A DNA stretch of 64,000 nucleotides from Dehalococcoidia bacterium (lineage in GTDB: Bacteria; Chloroflexota; Dehalococcoidia; Lucifugimonadales; UBA3495). Position numbers and translations under genes: made by a program. Shown here in pieces: positions 25,469 to 36,715 of the stretch. Location: the NCBI GenBank assembly GCA_965204395.1, contig OZ241987.1, positions 2,482,438 to 2,546,437 of the forward strand. Direction: 5' to 3'. Positions within the stretch are counted from its first letter, which is position 1; the number at the start of each line of letters is the position of its first letter. Under the pieces are notes generated by a model. The model did not search any database. It saw nothing but the letters and a program-made list of their open reading frames with translations, and was not told the DNA's origin.

Positions 25469-26644
25469 ATGGCCAGCACCGCAAACCGCGAACGCGACAT
25501 CGCAATAGTCGGGGTCGCCGAGTCCGACGTCATGGGCACGGTGCCCGACAAATCCTCGTTGCAGCACCACGCGGAGGCGGCGTTCAACGCTCTCGAGGAC
25601 GCGGGGTTGTCCCTGGCGGACGTCAACGGCCTGATGACCGCCGGATTCAGCACGCTGGTAACGGCGGAGTACTTTGGGCTGCAGCCATCATTCACCGACA
25701 ACACATCGGTAGGCGGATCTTCCTTCGTGATTCACGTCGCGCACGCCGCGGCTGCGATCCGCGCCGGCTATTGCGATACGGTTCTCATCACTCACGGGCA
25801 GGCCGGGCGGTCCACCCGCGCACCGGTGCCGCCGGACCGCAACCTTCCTGTGGCCCAGTATGAAACACCCTACGGAATGATCGGGCAGCCCATCAACTAC
25901 GCCATGGCCTGCACCAGGTACATGCACGAGTACGGCGAAGAGCGCACCCGGCAGGCGTTGGCGGAAATCGCGGTTTCCACCCGCGCATGGGCCAACCTCA
26001 ATCCCGTGGCCTACATGCACGAAACGCCCATGTCGTTCGACGATTACCATAACTCCCGCTGGGTGGCCTGGCCCTTCCATCTGTTTGACTGCTGCCTGGT
26101 CACCGACTCCGGCGCCGCCATCATCGTTACCACCGCGGAGAAGGCGCGAAACTGCGCCAAGGAACCGGTCTGGGTGCTGGGCGCTGCCGAAGGCCACGAC
26201 CACAACCTGATCAGCTTCATGCCTGACCACACGTCCACCTGGTCCCGTGAAACCGGCCCCCGGTCGCTGGAGCGCGCCGGCCTGACCAACGATGACATCG
26301 ACCACACCATGATCTACGACTCCTTCACCTACACCACCCTGGTGACCCTTGAAGGGTTGGGTTTCTGCGGCCCGGGTGAGGGTCCCGACTTTGTAGCCAA
26401 CCAGCGAACCGCGCCCGGCGGCGAATTCGCGCTGAACACCAACGGCGGCGGTCTGTCCTACTCGCACCCGGGGATGTACGGAAGCTTCCTGCTGGTGGAG
26501 GCGGTGCGCCAACTGCGCGGCGAGTGCGGGGACCGTCAGGTGTACCGCAAAGGCTCTTCAGACCAACCGGCAGCCACCAGCATGGTCAACGGCACCGGAG
26601 GCTCCCTTTCCTCAACCGGTACGGTGGTGCTGGCAACCGGCTAA
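25469..26644 (+). CDS. thiolase-like protein (SCP-x / lipid-transfer-type thiolase family)
   Basis: IAIVGVAESD...FVIHVAHAAAAIRAGYCD...NTNGGGLSYSHPGMYG is typical of the thiolase C-terminal-domain family that usually partners with a DUF35 OB-fold protein. Confidence 0.7.
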   Translation: MASTANRERDIAIVGVAESDVMGTVPDKSSLQHHAEAAFNALEDAGLSLADVNGLMTAGFSTLVTAEYFGLQPSFTDNTSVGGSSFVIHVAHAAAAIRAGYCDTVLITHGQAGRSTRAPVPPDRNLPVAQYETPYGMIGQPINYAMACTRYMHEYGEERTRQALAEIAVSTRAWANLNPVAYMHETPMSFDDYHNSRWVAWPFHLFDCCLVTDSGAAIIVTTAEKARNCAKEPVWVLGAAEGHDHNLISFMPDHTSTWSRETGPRSLERAGLTNDDIDHTMIYDSFTYTTLVTLEGLGFCGPGEGPDFVANQRTAPGGEFALNTNGGGLSYSHPGMYGSFLLVEAVRQLRGECGDRQVYRKGSSDQPAATSMVNGTGGSLSSTGTVVLATG

Positions 26645-26761
26645 ATATCGAATCAAGCGTTGCCAGACAGGTCTCGATTGCCCCGTCGCCGCTGGTCGGT
26701 ACCGGGGCATCCCATTTGTCCGATCCAGATCCAACAATCTACCCACATCATCTAGCGAGAC

Positions 26762-27853
26762 ATGGACACAGTAATCATAGGACTGCCCCAATCCGGCAAA
26801 ACCACCCTGTTCAACGCCCTAACCCTGGGCAAATCGGACGCCAGCGGAGCGTCCGGTTCAGCAACCGAAATGCACATGGGCGTGGTCAAGGTCCCCGACC
26901 CTCGGCTGGAATTTTTGGGAGAGGTGTACCACCCCAGGAAGATCGTACCCGCCGAAATCCGATACATCGATCTGCCCGGCCCGGAATCGATGGCGAAATC
27001 CCAGGGCATCAGCGGGAGGTACCGCAACATCCTACAGTCCGCCACCGCCTTTCTGTTGGTAGTGCGCGCCTTCACCAACGAGGCAGTAGCGCATCCCACC
27101 GGCGACGTTGACCCTGGCAGAGACCTGGAGACCTTGCTCGGTGAGTTGTCCTTCGCCGATCTGGAGGTGCTGGAACGGGCATCAACTCGTTTGTCTGAGC
27201 AGATGAACAAGACCAAGCCCGCCGACCGCCCCATGGCTATCCGGCACAAAGATGCGGTGGACAAAGCGCGGACGGGTCTGGAATCTGGTATCCCCGTACG
27301 GCTGCAGAACTTCACGGACTCCGAACGAGCGTTATTGGTCAACTACCAACTGTTGACCGACAAGAACGTGATCGTGGTGTTCAACACCGACGAAGGCTCC
27401 GAAGATGTACGCGTCGCGGACCTCGGCCTGGACCCTGCTTTGCTGCAAGGTGTGGGAACGGTGAGTATCAGCGCGCGCATCGAAGCGGAACTCGGGATGA
27501 TGGAAGCGGAGGAAGCCGCCGAATTCCGGTCCGACCTGGAATTGGGAGAGCCCGCCACGAGCCAGGTGATCAACGCCAGTTACGATACCTTGGGCCTGGT
27601 GTCCTTCCTTACCGTGGGAGACGATGAGGTGCGGGCGTGGAGCGTCCCCGGCGGAATGCCGGCGGTGGACGCCGCCGGCGTGATCCACACCGATTTTACC
27701 CGTGGCTTCATTCGCGCGGAAGTAATCGCCTACGATGACTTCTCCACGTGCGGCAGCATCGCGCAGGGGCGCAGGGAAGGGTTGCTGCGTTCCGAAGGCA
27801 AAGCCTACCCGGTGCGCGACGGCGACATCATCAATTTCCTGGTCAACACCTGA
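26762..27853 (+). CDS. ychF: redox-regulated ATPase YchF
   Basis: GLPQSGKTTLFNALT P-loop. TGS-like C-terminal domain: VRAWSVPGGMPAVDAAGVIHTDFTRGFIRAEVIAYDD. Confidence 0.9.
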   Translation: MDTVIIGLPQSGKTTLFNALTLGKSDASGASGSATEMHMGVVKVPDPRLEFLGEVYHPRKIVPAEIRYIDLPGPESMAKSQGISGRYRNILQSATAFLLVVRAFTNEAVAHPTGDVDPGRDLETLLGELSFADLEVLERASTRLSEQMNKTKPADRPMAIRHKDAVDKARTGLESGIPVRLQNFTDSERALLVNYQLLTDKNVIVVFNTDEGSEDVRVADLGLDPALLQGVGTVSISARIEAELGMMEAEEAAEFRSDLELGEPATSQVINASYDTLGLVSFLTVGDDEVRAWSVPGGMPAVDAAGVIHTDFTRGFIRAEVIAYDDFSTCGSIAQGRREGLLRSEGKAYPVRDGDIINFLVNT

Positions 27854-28359
27854 TGATCGATATCCGTCTGTACCGATCCCGAGATTATGAAGCCGTCCGC
27901 GAGGTGTTCAGCCATGCGCAGGATGACTTCGTACAGAGCTACCTGCATTCCGACGAGGACCGGGAAGAGTACAACGAATACGTCATAGGAGCGCTCGCTC
28001 GCGACCTCTCCGACATACAGCGCAGCTACCTCCAGCACCCGGGCAGCAATTTCTGGGTGGCCGAACGGGACGGCGAAACTATCGGATGCATCGGTGCCTA
28101 CCAGCGCAGCCATGAGGAGGCCGAGATTCGGCGGTTGGTGGTGCATCGCGACGCTCGACGCCAGGGAATAGCCTCGCGTTTGCTCGACCAGGCCGAAGAC
28201 TTTTGCCGGGACCTGGGGTACGTACGCACCATCGCGTGGACGTACAACCACATGCCGGGCGCCATCGAATTCCTGCGCCGCCGGGGCTACCAACTGATCG
28301 AAGATCACGCCTTCCCTCACACCAGTCTCACCCTGTACCTGTACGCCCTGGAACTGTAG
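27853..28359 (+). CDS. GNAT-family N-acetyltransferase
   Basis: IRRLVVHRDARRQGIASRLLDQAEDFCRDLGY (the R/Q-x-x-G-x-A motif). Its start overlaps the ychF stop by 1 nt. Confidence 0.8.
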   Translation: MIDIRLYRSRDYEAVREVFSHAQDDFVQSYLHSDEDREEYNEYVIGALARDLSDIQRSYLQHPGSNFWVAERDGETIGCIGAYQRSHEEAEIRRLVVHRDARRQGIASRLLDQAEDFCRDLGYVRTIAWTYNHMPGAIEFLRRRGYQLIEDHAFPHTSLTLYLYALEL

Positions 28360-28472
28360 CCGGCGAGCCCGAAAACGGCCCCGGAGCCTGCCCGACAATC
28401 GTAACGAACTTGACAGAATCGGGCATTGCAAGTAGTATCTATAACGATTAACAACTGGATACGTTGCTGGAA

Positions 28473-28618
28473 CCCTTATCCAGACAGGCGGAGGGAACGG
28501 CCCTGTGAAGCCTGGCAACCAATCCCGCTCACCCAGTGGGATCAGGTGCTAATTCCGGCGTCCCGCAGATGGTGTCGCCTTGCGACGCGGTTGGAGCGGT
28601 ATGACGAAAGATGAGGGG
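28473..28618 (+). promoter_or_regulatory. SAM-I (S-box) riboswitch
   Basis: CCCTTATCCAGACAGGCGGAGGGAACGGCCCTGTGAAGCCTGGCAACC...GGTGCTAATTCC...GAAAGATGAGGG. The P1 helix pairs CCCTTATC with GATGAGGG. The conserved GGAGGGA, GGCCC, GAAGCC.GGCAACC and GCTAATTCC blocks are present. It sits upstream of mtnA. Confidence 0.85.
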
Positions 28619-28755
28619 AGAACTGTACTGATGGGCTCTCCCGGCGTGGGTGGGCCTCTATTTTTGCCTTTGCCGATTGCAGCCTTCGGGGCCTCCTTTG
28701 CTCCAAGGCCCTGTAAGTCCGCAACGTATTCCCAACACACCGGGTAACTGGTGCT

Positions 28756-29799
28756 ATGACTGAAATTAGACCCATCAACTGGACCGGAAGCAGTCTCCAG
28801 TTGCTAGACCAGACGCTGCTGCCCCATGAGCATGTCACGGTCACCATCTCCGACTATCGGTCCGCCGCATCCGCCATCACGGACATGCGAGTGCGTGGCG
28901 CCCCCGCCATCGGCGTGACGGCTGCATATGCCATGGTGCTTGCCGCTGCTGAATTGCAATCCCGCGAGCGGGACCATTTCATTGGCGCGCTGCGGGAGGC
29001 CGGAGCCCACATCGCGGCCGCGCGTCCCACCGCCGTCAACTTGGGTTGGGCCGTCCGCAGGATGCTGAGGGTGGCCGACGACGAGCCAGACCCGGGCAGC
29101 ATCCGGCCGCGTCTTGAAGCCGAGGCCCGCCGAATCCAGGAAGAGGACGAGCGGATTAACCGTCGCATTGGCGAGAACGGCCGTGTGCTGATGCCCCCCG
29201 ACGGCCAGGGCGTGTTGACCCATTGCAACACCGGAGCGTTGGCTACGTCGGCCTTCGGCACCGCCCTGGGTGTCATACGGGCCGGCTGGGAGGCCGGCGG
29301 GCGCTTCCGCGTGTTCAACACCGAAACTCGACCTTGGTTGCAGGGCGCCCGGCTCACGTCCTGGGAGTTCCAACAACTCGGCATCCCCGCAACCCTGATT
29401 GCCGACTCTGCCGCCGGCATCCTGATGCAGCGCGGCGAGGTGTCCTGCGTCATCACCGGCGCGGACCGCGTCGCCGCCAACGGCGACACCGCTAACAAAA
29501 TCGGCACCTACTCGCTGGCCGTGCTGGCCCACGAGAACGGAATACCGTTCTACATCGCCGCGCCCACCAGCACGGTGGACCTCGCCATTGCACACGGAGA
29601 CGACATCGCGATTGAGGAACGCCCCGAGCGCGAGGTCACGGGTTACGGCGCGACGCCAATCGCCCCCGAAGGCACTCCGGCCTATAACCCTGCCTTCGAC
29701 GTGACGCCTCACCGCTACATCGCGGGCATCGTCACCGAAACCATGGTATGCCGGCCGCCCTATACCGAATCCCTGAAAACCGCCGTGGACGCCGCCTGA
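28756..29799 (+). CDS. mtnA: S-methyl-5-thioribose-1-phosphate isomerase
   Basis: ITDMRVRGAPAIGVTAAYAM...ARPTAVNL...THCNTGALAT...GADRVAANGDTANKIGTY. Confidence 0.9.
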   Translation: MTEIRPINWTGSSLQLLDQTLLPHEHVTVTISDYRSAASAITDMRVRGAPAIGVTAAYAMVLAAAELQSRERDHFIGALREAGAHIAAARPTAVNLGWAVRRMLRVADDEPDPGSIRPRLEAEARRIQEEDERINRRIGENGRVLMPPDGQGVLTHCNTGALATSAFGTALGVIRAGWEAGGRFRVFNTETRPWLQGARLTSWEFQQLGIPATLIADSAAGILMQRGEVSCVITGADRVAANGDTANKIGTYSLAVLAHENGIPFYIAAPTSTVDLAIAHGDDIAIEERPEREVTGYGATPIAPEGTPAYNPAFDVTPHRYIAGIVTETMVCRPPYTESLKTAVDAA

Positions 29800-29807
29800 C
29801 CCCAATC

Positions 29808-29833
29808 GTCATTCCGGCGAAAGCCGGAATCCA
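29808..29833 (+). repeat. type-A hairpin repeat
   Basis: GTCATTCCGGCGAAAGCCGGAATCCA, identical to the copy at 33207. Confidence 0.85.
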
Positions 29834-29889
29834 TTTTCACCAATCACCAACTCGACCATCCCGTTCATCCTATATATCCCGGTAAAAAC

Positions 29890-30984
29890 ATGACCATTGA
29901 CCAACAGACCCGCCGCCGCATGGCCCGCACCGGCCTGACGGCCCACGATCCGGCTAAAGCCAGCCCCGGCTACACCCTGTATGCGCCCCTGTCCGGCAAC
30001 GGTGAGGTCTATCTGCTGGACCCCAACGGAGAGGTGGCCCACCAGTGGAATATGCCCTACCCGCCGGGACTCTACGGCTACCTGCTGTCCAACGGCAATC
30101 TGTTCTATGGCGGCAAGGTCCGTGATGATGGCGGTTGGGATATTTTCGAGGCGATGAAGCGCTTCAAGGGCGGGGTGATGCTCGAAGCCGACTGGGACGG
30201 CAACATCCTGTGGGAACACCGCGACCCGTACCACCATCACGACGCGCGTCGCACTGAATCCGGCGGCTGCCTGTACATGACCGTTGAGCGGATGGCCGAC
30301 GCCCAGGCCGCCAAAATCAAAGGCGGCCAGCCTGGCAGCGACGCCGGCGGAATGTGGGCGGACGTGCTGGTGGAGGTGGACGCCGATAGCAACCGCATCT
30401 GGGAATGGCGCGCCGCCGAACACCTGGATCCCGACCGCCACGCGATCACCTTCAACGACCTGCGGGACGAGTGGAGCCACGGCAATACGGTCGTTCCTTT
30501 GCCCAACGACCGGGTGATGTTCAGCTTCCGCAACATCTCCACCGTTGGCATTATCGACAAGGCCACCGGCAACATCGAGTGGCAGATCGGCGACGACGTT
30601 TTGGCCCAGCAGCACGATCCTTCCCTGCTGGACAACGGCAACGTGCTCATCTACGACAACGGCTCCCACAGCCGGCACAACCCCTTGCCCGCGTCCCGGG
30701 TCATCGAAGTCGATACCGGCAACAACGAAATAGTCTGGGAATACCGGGACAATCCGCCCTTCAACTTCTTCAGCGCCTACATCTCGGGCGCGCGCCGCCT
30801 GCCCAACGGAAGCACACTGATCACCGAGGGGCAACCCGGGCGCATCTTCCAGGTGACGCCTGAGGGTGAGATCGTTTGGGAATATATCAACCCCCACTTC
30901 GCGCCCAACGAGCAGGGCTACGTCGTGAACAGCGTTTTTCGCTCCAATCACTACCTGCCCGAGCAGATACCGCAACTGCGCTGA
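29890..30984 (+). CDS. arylsulfotransferase (ASST)-like beta-propeller protein
   Basis: Repeated propeller-like blocks: YLLDPNGEVAHQWNM; ILWEHRDPYHHHDARR; WSHGNTVVPLPNDRVMFSFRNISTVGIIDKATGNIEWQIG; LDNGNVLIYDNGSH; EIVWEY. The family assignment is from pattern memory only. Confidence 0.5.
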   Translation: MTIDQQTRRRMARTGLTAHDPAKASPGYTLYAPLSGNGEVYLLDPNGEVAHQWNMPYPPGLYGYLLSNGNLFYGGKVRDDGGWDIFEAMKRFKGGVMLEADWDGNILWEHRDPYHHHDARRTESGGCLYMTVERMADAQAAKIKGGQPGSDAGGMWADVLVEVDADSNRIWEWRAAEHLDPDRHAITFNDLRDEWSHGNTVVPLPNDRVMFSFRNISTVGIIDKATGNIEWQIGDDVLAQQHDPSLLDNGNVLIYDNGSHSRHNPLPASRVIEVDTGNNEIVWEYRDNPPFNFFSAYISGARRLPNGSTLITEGQPGRIFQVTPEGEIVWEYINPHFAPNEQGYVVNSVFRSNHYLPEQIPQLR

Positions 30985-30997
30985 AAAGTGTTCACGC

Positions 30998-31618
30998 ATG
31001 TACGTTGACCAGTTTGGAATCTCAGGAACAGGCTCCGGCGATGCTTCCTACGGTTGCCACATTTCCCTATCCCGCGTGGTGCTGGTAGGCGTCGTAAGTT
31101 GGGGTTTGTACTGGTTTTACTGGATGTATCGCACCTGGGCGCAATACCGCGACCATACCGCAGGGGATCCCGAGCAGGCTGGTCAAACCCACTACCCGGT
31201 CTGGCACGGGCTGACCCAACTGGTGCCGGTGTACGGCTTCTTCCGTTTTCACGCTCACGTCCGGTCGTACAAAGCGTTGCTGCAGGAACGGGGCGTGACC
31301 GACAGCCTCAACATAGCGGCTCTGGTGACGGTGGTCGTTATCAACCTAATCGTCGGTCTTGTCGCGGGAGGAATGAGGGGCGAGTCAACGGGCCCCGGTG
31401 TGACCGCCGCCTCCGGCATCGGGTTCCTGATCAGCCTCGCCACGTTGCTGGTCAGCATCGGCGTCATCTGTAAGGTTCAAAGCAACTTGAACCAATATTG
31501 GGCTGCAGTAGCCGGAACGCCCGCCCAGAACGCTCGGTTTGGCAAGGGAGAAATTCTCTGCCTCGTCATCGGAGCGCTGCTTTGGCTCGGAGTGATCTCC
31601 GACTTCGTCTTTTGGTAA
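30998..31618 (+). CDS. integral membrane protein (DUF4234-like)
   Basis: GLYWFYWMYRTWAQYRDH plus ~4 transmembrane segments. The start is uncertain. Confidence 0.5.
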   Translation: MYVDQFGISGTGSGDASYGCHISLSRVVLVGVVSWGLYWFYWMYRTWAQYRDHTAGDPEQAGQTHYPVWHGLTQLVPVYGFFRFHAHVRSYKALLQERGVTDSLNIAALVTVVVINLIVGLVAGGMRGESTGPGVTAASGIGFLISLATLLVSIGVICKVQSNLNQYWAAVAGTPAQNARFGKGEILCLVIGALLWLGVISDFVFW

Positions 31619-31667
31619 GCCCAGGCCGCAACCCATTCTCGAAAATAAAGTTAAGGAAACCAACGTA

Positions 31668-32555
31668 ATGCCCAACCATCCCCAGGCGGAAATCGCCATC
31701 ATCGGCGGCAGTGGACTCTACGAAATCCAGGGTTTCGAAGAGACCGCCGTGGTGGACATCGATACTCCCTACGGCAAGCCCAGCGACGCCATCACCGTCG
31801 GCGAGCTGTTGGGCGTGCCGGTGGCATTCCTGCCTAGGCATGGCCGGGGACACCGCCTCAGCCCCACGGAACTGCCTTTCCGGGCCAACATCTACGCGCT
31901 GAAAACCCTGGGGGCCAGGCGCATCGTATCCGTCAGCGCCGTCGGCAGCCTGCAGGCCCGCCTCGAACCCCAGCACCTGGTCATCCCCGACCAGTTGATC
32001 GACCGGACGCGCTCGTTGCGTCCCAGCACTTTCTTCGAGGATGGCGTGGTCGCTCATATTTCTTTCGCAGATCCCTTCTGCCCAGATATGAGCGACGTGC
32101 TGGCGAAAGGGGGACGGGAACAGGGTATCCCGACCCACAAGGGCGCCACCATGATCGTCATGGAGGGGCCCGCGTTCTCAACCAAGGCCGAGTCCGAAAT
32201 GTACCGTTCCTGGGGCGGCGACCTCATCGGCATGACCGCGTTGCCAGAAGCCAAGTTGGCCCGCGAAGCCGAGATCTGCTACGCGACCATGGCGTGGGTC
32301 ACCGACTACGACTGCTGGCATCCTGAACACGACGCCGTAACCGTTGACATGGTGGTGGAAAACCTCATCGCCAACGTCGCCAACAGCCGCATCATCCTGC
32401 GCCACATTATGCCCGCTCTGGCCCAACTTGGCCCGTGCGAGTGCGAGACTGCGCTCACCAACGCCATCATCACCGACCGGAGCATGATCCCCAACGACGT
32501 GCGGCGGCGACTTCGCCCAATCGCCGGCAAGCATCTTGACCCGCCGCCCAACTGA
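31668..32555 (+). CDS. mtnP: S-methyl-5'-thioadenosine phosphorylase
   Basis: IAIIGGSGLY...DTPYGKPSD...FLPRHGRGHRLSPTELPFRANIYALKTLG...MEGPAFSTKAES. Confidence 0.9.
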   Translation: MPNHPQAEIAIIGGSGLYEIQGFEETAVVDIDTPYGKPSDAITVGELLGVPVAFLPRHGRGHRLSPTELPFRANIYALKTLGARRIVSVSAVGSLQARLEPQHLVIPDQLIDRTRSLRPSTFFEDGVVAHISFADPFCPDMSDVLAKGGREQGIPTHKGATMIVMEGPAFSTKAESEMYRSWGGDLIGMTALPEAKLAREAEICYATMAWVTDYDCWHPEHDAVTVDMVVENLIANVANSRIILRHIMPALAQLGPCECETALTNAIITDRSMIPNDVRRRLRPIAGKHLDPPPN

Positions 32556-32676
32556 CGCACGATCTAAATCTACATGGATGAACAGGATAAACAGGATAGT
32601 TGGGATATATCCAAGCAAGACGTTCTATCCCAATTCATCCTGTGTATCCATGCCAAAGATTCAAGGAGGTAACCGA

Positions 32677-33036
32677 ATGCCACGACAGAATCCGGGGGAA
32701 CCCTATTTCAGGGTTGATTCTCCCGAAGCCATGCAAATCCTCAATGCCGACCCGGACAATACCGTGGTCGTCGATGTTCGTCGCGATGACGAATGGGTTA
32801 CGGGCCATGCGTCCGGCGCGATCCACATCAACGTCGATGAATTCATGGACCGGGTGGACGAGCTTCCCGACGGCAAGAAATTGCTGTTCATCTGCGCCGC
32901 CGGCGTCCGCAGCGGCGTCGCATGCGAGTACGCAGCAGCGCTGGGCATCGACTCGGAACTGCTCTACAACGTCGACGACGGTACGCCGTCATGGATCGCC
33001 GCCGGCAACCCAACGTCCTACGGAAACGATCCGTAA
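32677..33036 (+). CDS. single-domain rhodanese sulfurtransferase
   Basis: ATG 6 nt after AGGAGG. VVVDVRRDDEWVTGHASGAIHI and the active-site loop CAAGVRS. Confidence 0.8.
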   Translation: MPRQNPGEPYFRVDSPEAMQILNADPDNTVVVDVRRDDEWVTGHASGAIHINVDEFMDRVDELPDGKKLLFICAAGVRSGVACEYAAALGIDSELLYNVDDGTPSWIAAGNPTSYGNDP

Positions 33037-33169
33037 CTGACCCAATTTCCGCAGCACTGCAAATCCGCCATATTTACGGGTGAAGAAAACCGGGGTTCCT
33101 TCGTCGAACGAGTACTGGAGATCCTGGCCTACTCCCGAATGGCGCACTAAAGCACACCAACATCCACCC

Positions 33170-33232
33170 GTCATTCCCGCTTTTGTGGGAATCCAAAACC
33201 CCCGCCGTCATTCCGGCGAAAGCCGGAATCCA
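33170..33232 (+). repeat. tandem pair of type-A hairpin repeats
   Basis: GTCATTCCCGCTTTTGTGGGAATCCA (33170-33195) and GTCATTCCGGCGAAAGCCGGAATCCA (33207-33232). Confidence 0.85.
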
Positions 33233-33252
33233 AGCGGGCAAATCGGAGGTAA

Positions 33253-34530
<1,278 letters not shown>

Positions 34531-34549
34531 CCCGCCCAATGCGATCAGA

Positions 34550-34577
34550 GTGGGGGCGACTAATCATTCGCCCTTAC
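34550..34577. repeat. type-B palindromic repeat (slightly diverged)
   Basis: GTGGGGGCGACTAATCATTCGCCCTTAC, between ahcY and metK. Confidence 0.75.
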
Positions 34578-34617
34578 GCTGCCACCCAGTAAAGCCAATC
34601 CAGGAGGAAACCAACCT

Positions 34618-35865
34618 ATGCCAATCCGATTCATGACTTCGCCCAAGTACCTGCTCACCTCCGAGTCGGTTACCGAAGGGCACCCCGACAAGGTCTGCGA
34701 CCAGATTTCTGACGCCGTGCTGGACGCCGCCTTCAGCGTTGACCCCATGAGCCGCGTCGCCTGCGAAACCGTGGCCGGCAAGAACCTCATCATGGTAACC
34801 GGGGAAATCACCACCCAGGCCGAGTTGGACTTTGACGCCATCACCCGCAAAACCCTGCTGGAGATCGGCTACAACGACGTCAAGTACGGTATCGACGGCA
34901 ACTCGTGTGGCGTCATCCGCAACGCCAGCCAGCAGTCCCCGGACATCAACGCCGGTGTGAGCACGGCTCTAGAAGCCCGCAACAACGGCGCAAACGCCGT
35001 CGACGCCCGCCGTGCCACCGGGGCCGGCGACCAGGGGATGATGGTGGGATTCGCTTGCAACGAGACCGATGGCCTCATGCCCATCACCGTTGACCTGTCC
35101 CATCGCCTGGTCGAGCGGCTGGCCAAGGTCCGCAAAGACGGCACCCTGCCGTATCTTGGCCCGGACGGAAAGTCCCAGGTCACCGTGGAATACCAGTACG
35201 GCAAGCCCCACCGCGTCGACGCCGTGGTCATCAGCACCCAGCACGACGACACGGCCGACCGCGAGGCTTTCACGGCGAAAATCCGTGCTGACATCATAGA
35301 GCACGTAATCAAGCCTATTGTCCCGGCGAATCTGCTGGACGACGATACCAAGTACTACGTCAACCCCAGCGGATGGTTCGTAGTGGGCGGCCCCCAGGGC
35401 GACACCGGCCTCACTGGGCGCAAGATACTGGTCGATACCTACGGCGGCATCGCCCGCCACGGCGGGGGCGCGTTCTCCGGCAAGGACCCGACCAAGGTTG
35501 ACCGCTCCGGCGCGTATGCCGCCCGCTACGTCGCCAAGAACATCGTGGCGGCTGGCCTTGCCGATCGCGTCGAGGTGATAGTTTCCTACGCTATCGGCGT
35601 CGCTGACCCGATCTCCGTGGCGGTGGAGACCTTTGACACCAACCACATCGACAATGACACCATCGAGGCGTTGGTCAACGAGCACTTCGACCTGCGCCCC
35701 GGCGCGATCATCGAAGACCTCGAGCTCCGTCAGCCGATCTATCGCAAGACGGCCGCATACGGGCACTTCGGGCGCACCGACATCGATCTTCCCTGGGAGC
35801 GCACCGATAAAGCCGAGTTGCTGAAACAGGCAGCCGGCACGTTGGCCGGCGCCGCTGGCGACTAG
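34618..35865 (+). CDS. metK: S-adenosylmethionine synthase
   Basis: [26 protein letters not shown]...[12 protein letters not shown]...[19 protein letters not shown]. Confidence 0.95.
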   Translation: MPIRFMTSPKYLLTSESVTEGHPDKVCDQISDAVLDAAFSVDPMSRVACETVAGKNLIMVTGEITTQAELDFDAITRKTLLEIGYNDVKYGIDGNSCGVIRNASQQSPDINAGVSTALEARNNGANAVDARRATGAGDQGMMVGFACNETDGLMPITVDLSHRLVERLAKVRKDGTLPYLGPDGKSQVTVEYQYGKPHRVDAVVISTQHDDTADREAFTAKIRADIIEHVIKPIVPANLLDDDTKYYVNPSGWFVVGGPQGDTGLTGRKILVDTYGGIARHGGGAFSGKDPTKVDRSGAYAARYVAKNIVAAGLADRVEVIVSYAIGVADPISVAVETFDTNHIDNDTIEALVNEHFDLRPGAIIEDLELRQPIYRKTAAYGHFGRTDIDLPWERTDKAELLKQAAGTLAGAAGD

Positions 35866-35895
35866 ACCCGTCCGACACTGCGCTCTCTCTCATGC

Positions 35896-35935
35896 GCGCC
35901 CTTCACCTGATTGGTGGAGGGCGCTCTACTTTCTG
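35896..35935 (+). terminator. intrinsic terminator after metK
   Basis: GCGCCCTTCACC-TGATT-GGTGGAGGGCGC followed by TCTACTTTCT. Confidence 0.6.
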
Positions 35936-36091
35936 GTTGGGTCGAGCTGTCGCAGTCCACGCTGCGCCGTAGCCGTTCCGTGTCATGATTGTCCGAATGC
36001 TGCACGCAGGTGAAAGACAGTTTGGTGGTTCGTCTCGGTAAAATCGGCGTAACTCTCTTAGCCGCCGTGGACGCGCGGCGCAGGATTACCG

Positions 36092-36541
36092 ATGGACAGC
36101 GTTCTCCCATTCCGCCGCTTCGCCTCTTGGGTAATCGACCGATTGTTGTTCTTGGGAGTCGGCGCAGCGATTCTCTACGTGATTCACGTGCTCGACAGTC
36201 GGCTGGGCATCAGCGGGCCGCAGTCCGTGAATTTCGACGTGTACGATTTTTTCGCCATCCAGATGCCCCTGGCCGTGGTGATAACCTACGCCATCTGGCT
36301 GTTGATCATCATTAAGATAGGCCCGCCGGGCCGCGTTTTGACGCGCACGGAGGTGCGCCGACATCGCGGAGGTTCCGCCGGCCAACCCAGGAAACTGGTC
36401 CGCGCCGTGGCAAAAATCGGGCTACATCTCACGCTGATCGGCCTGATCGTCGACGCGATTTTCATCCTGCGCGATCAGCGGGAACGACGCTCCATACCCG
36501 ACATACTGGCCGGCACCATGGTAACGCCGCGCCGTCGCTGA
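36092..36541 (+). CDS. RDD-family membrane protein
   Basis: FRRFASWVIDRLLFLGV..., 3 transmembrane segments, and a C-terminal DILAGTMV. Confidence 0.5.
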   Translation: MDSVLPFRRFASWVIDRLLFLGVGAAILYVIHVLDSRLGISGPQSVNFDVYDFFAIQMPLAVVITYAIWLLIIIKIGPPGRVLTRTEVRRHRGGSAGQPRKLVRAVAKIGLHLTLIGLIVDAIFILRDQRERRSIPDILAGTMVTPRRR

Positions 36542-36700
36542 TCCGAGCGAGCGACCGGCTCAAACCGTACCAGCATCTCAGCGCGGTGCCGGCTTTTCAA
36601 TTCCCTTTCCCCCGCTCATGGTGGGCCCGTCGAACCATGAACCACTGAAAGTGGGCACCCTTTGACAACCTCAGGATGAACGGAATCGAAGTGAACGCCA

Positions 36701-36709
36701 TGCTAGAAT
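36701..36709 (+). promoter_or_regulatory. extended -10 element (TGcTAGAAT) placed for a leaderless phosphohexomutase mRNA
   Basis: TAGAAT ends 6 nt before the ATG at 36716, and there is no Shine-Dalgarno sequence. Confidence 0.35.
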
Positions 36710-36715
36710 GATTTT

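Noticed and set aside
29809-30999. 396-aa ORF antisense to the ASST-like gene (longer than the plus-strand ORF)
   Set aside because: It has shadow-frame composition and no motifs. The plus-strand product shows repeated propeller-like blocks, and its orientation fits the cluster.
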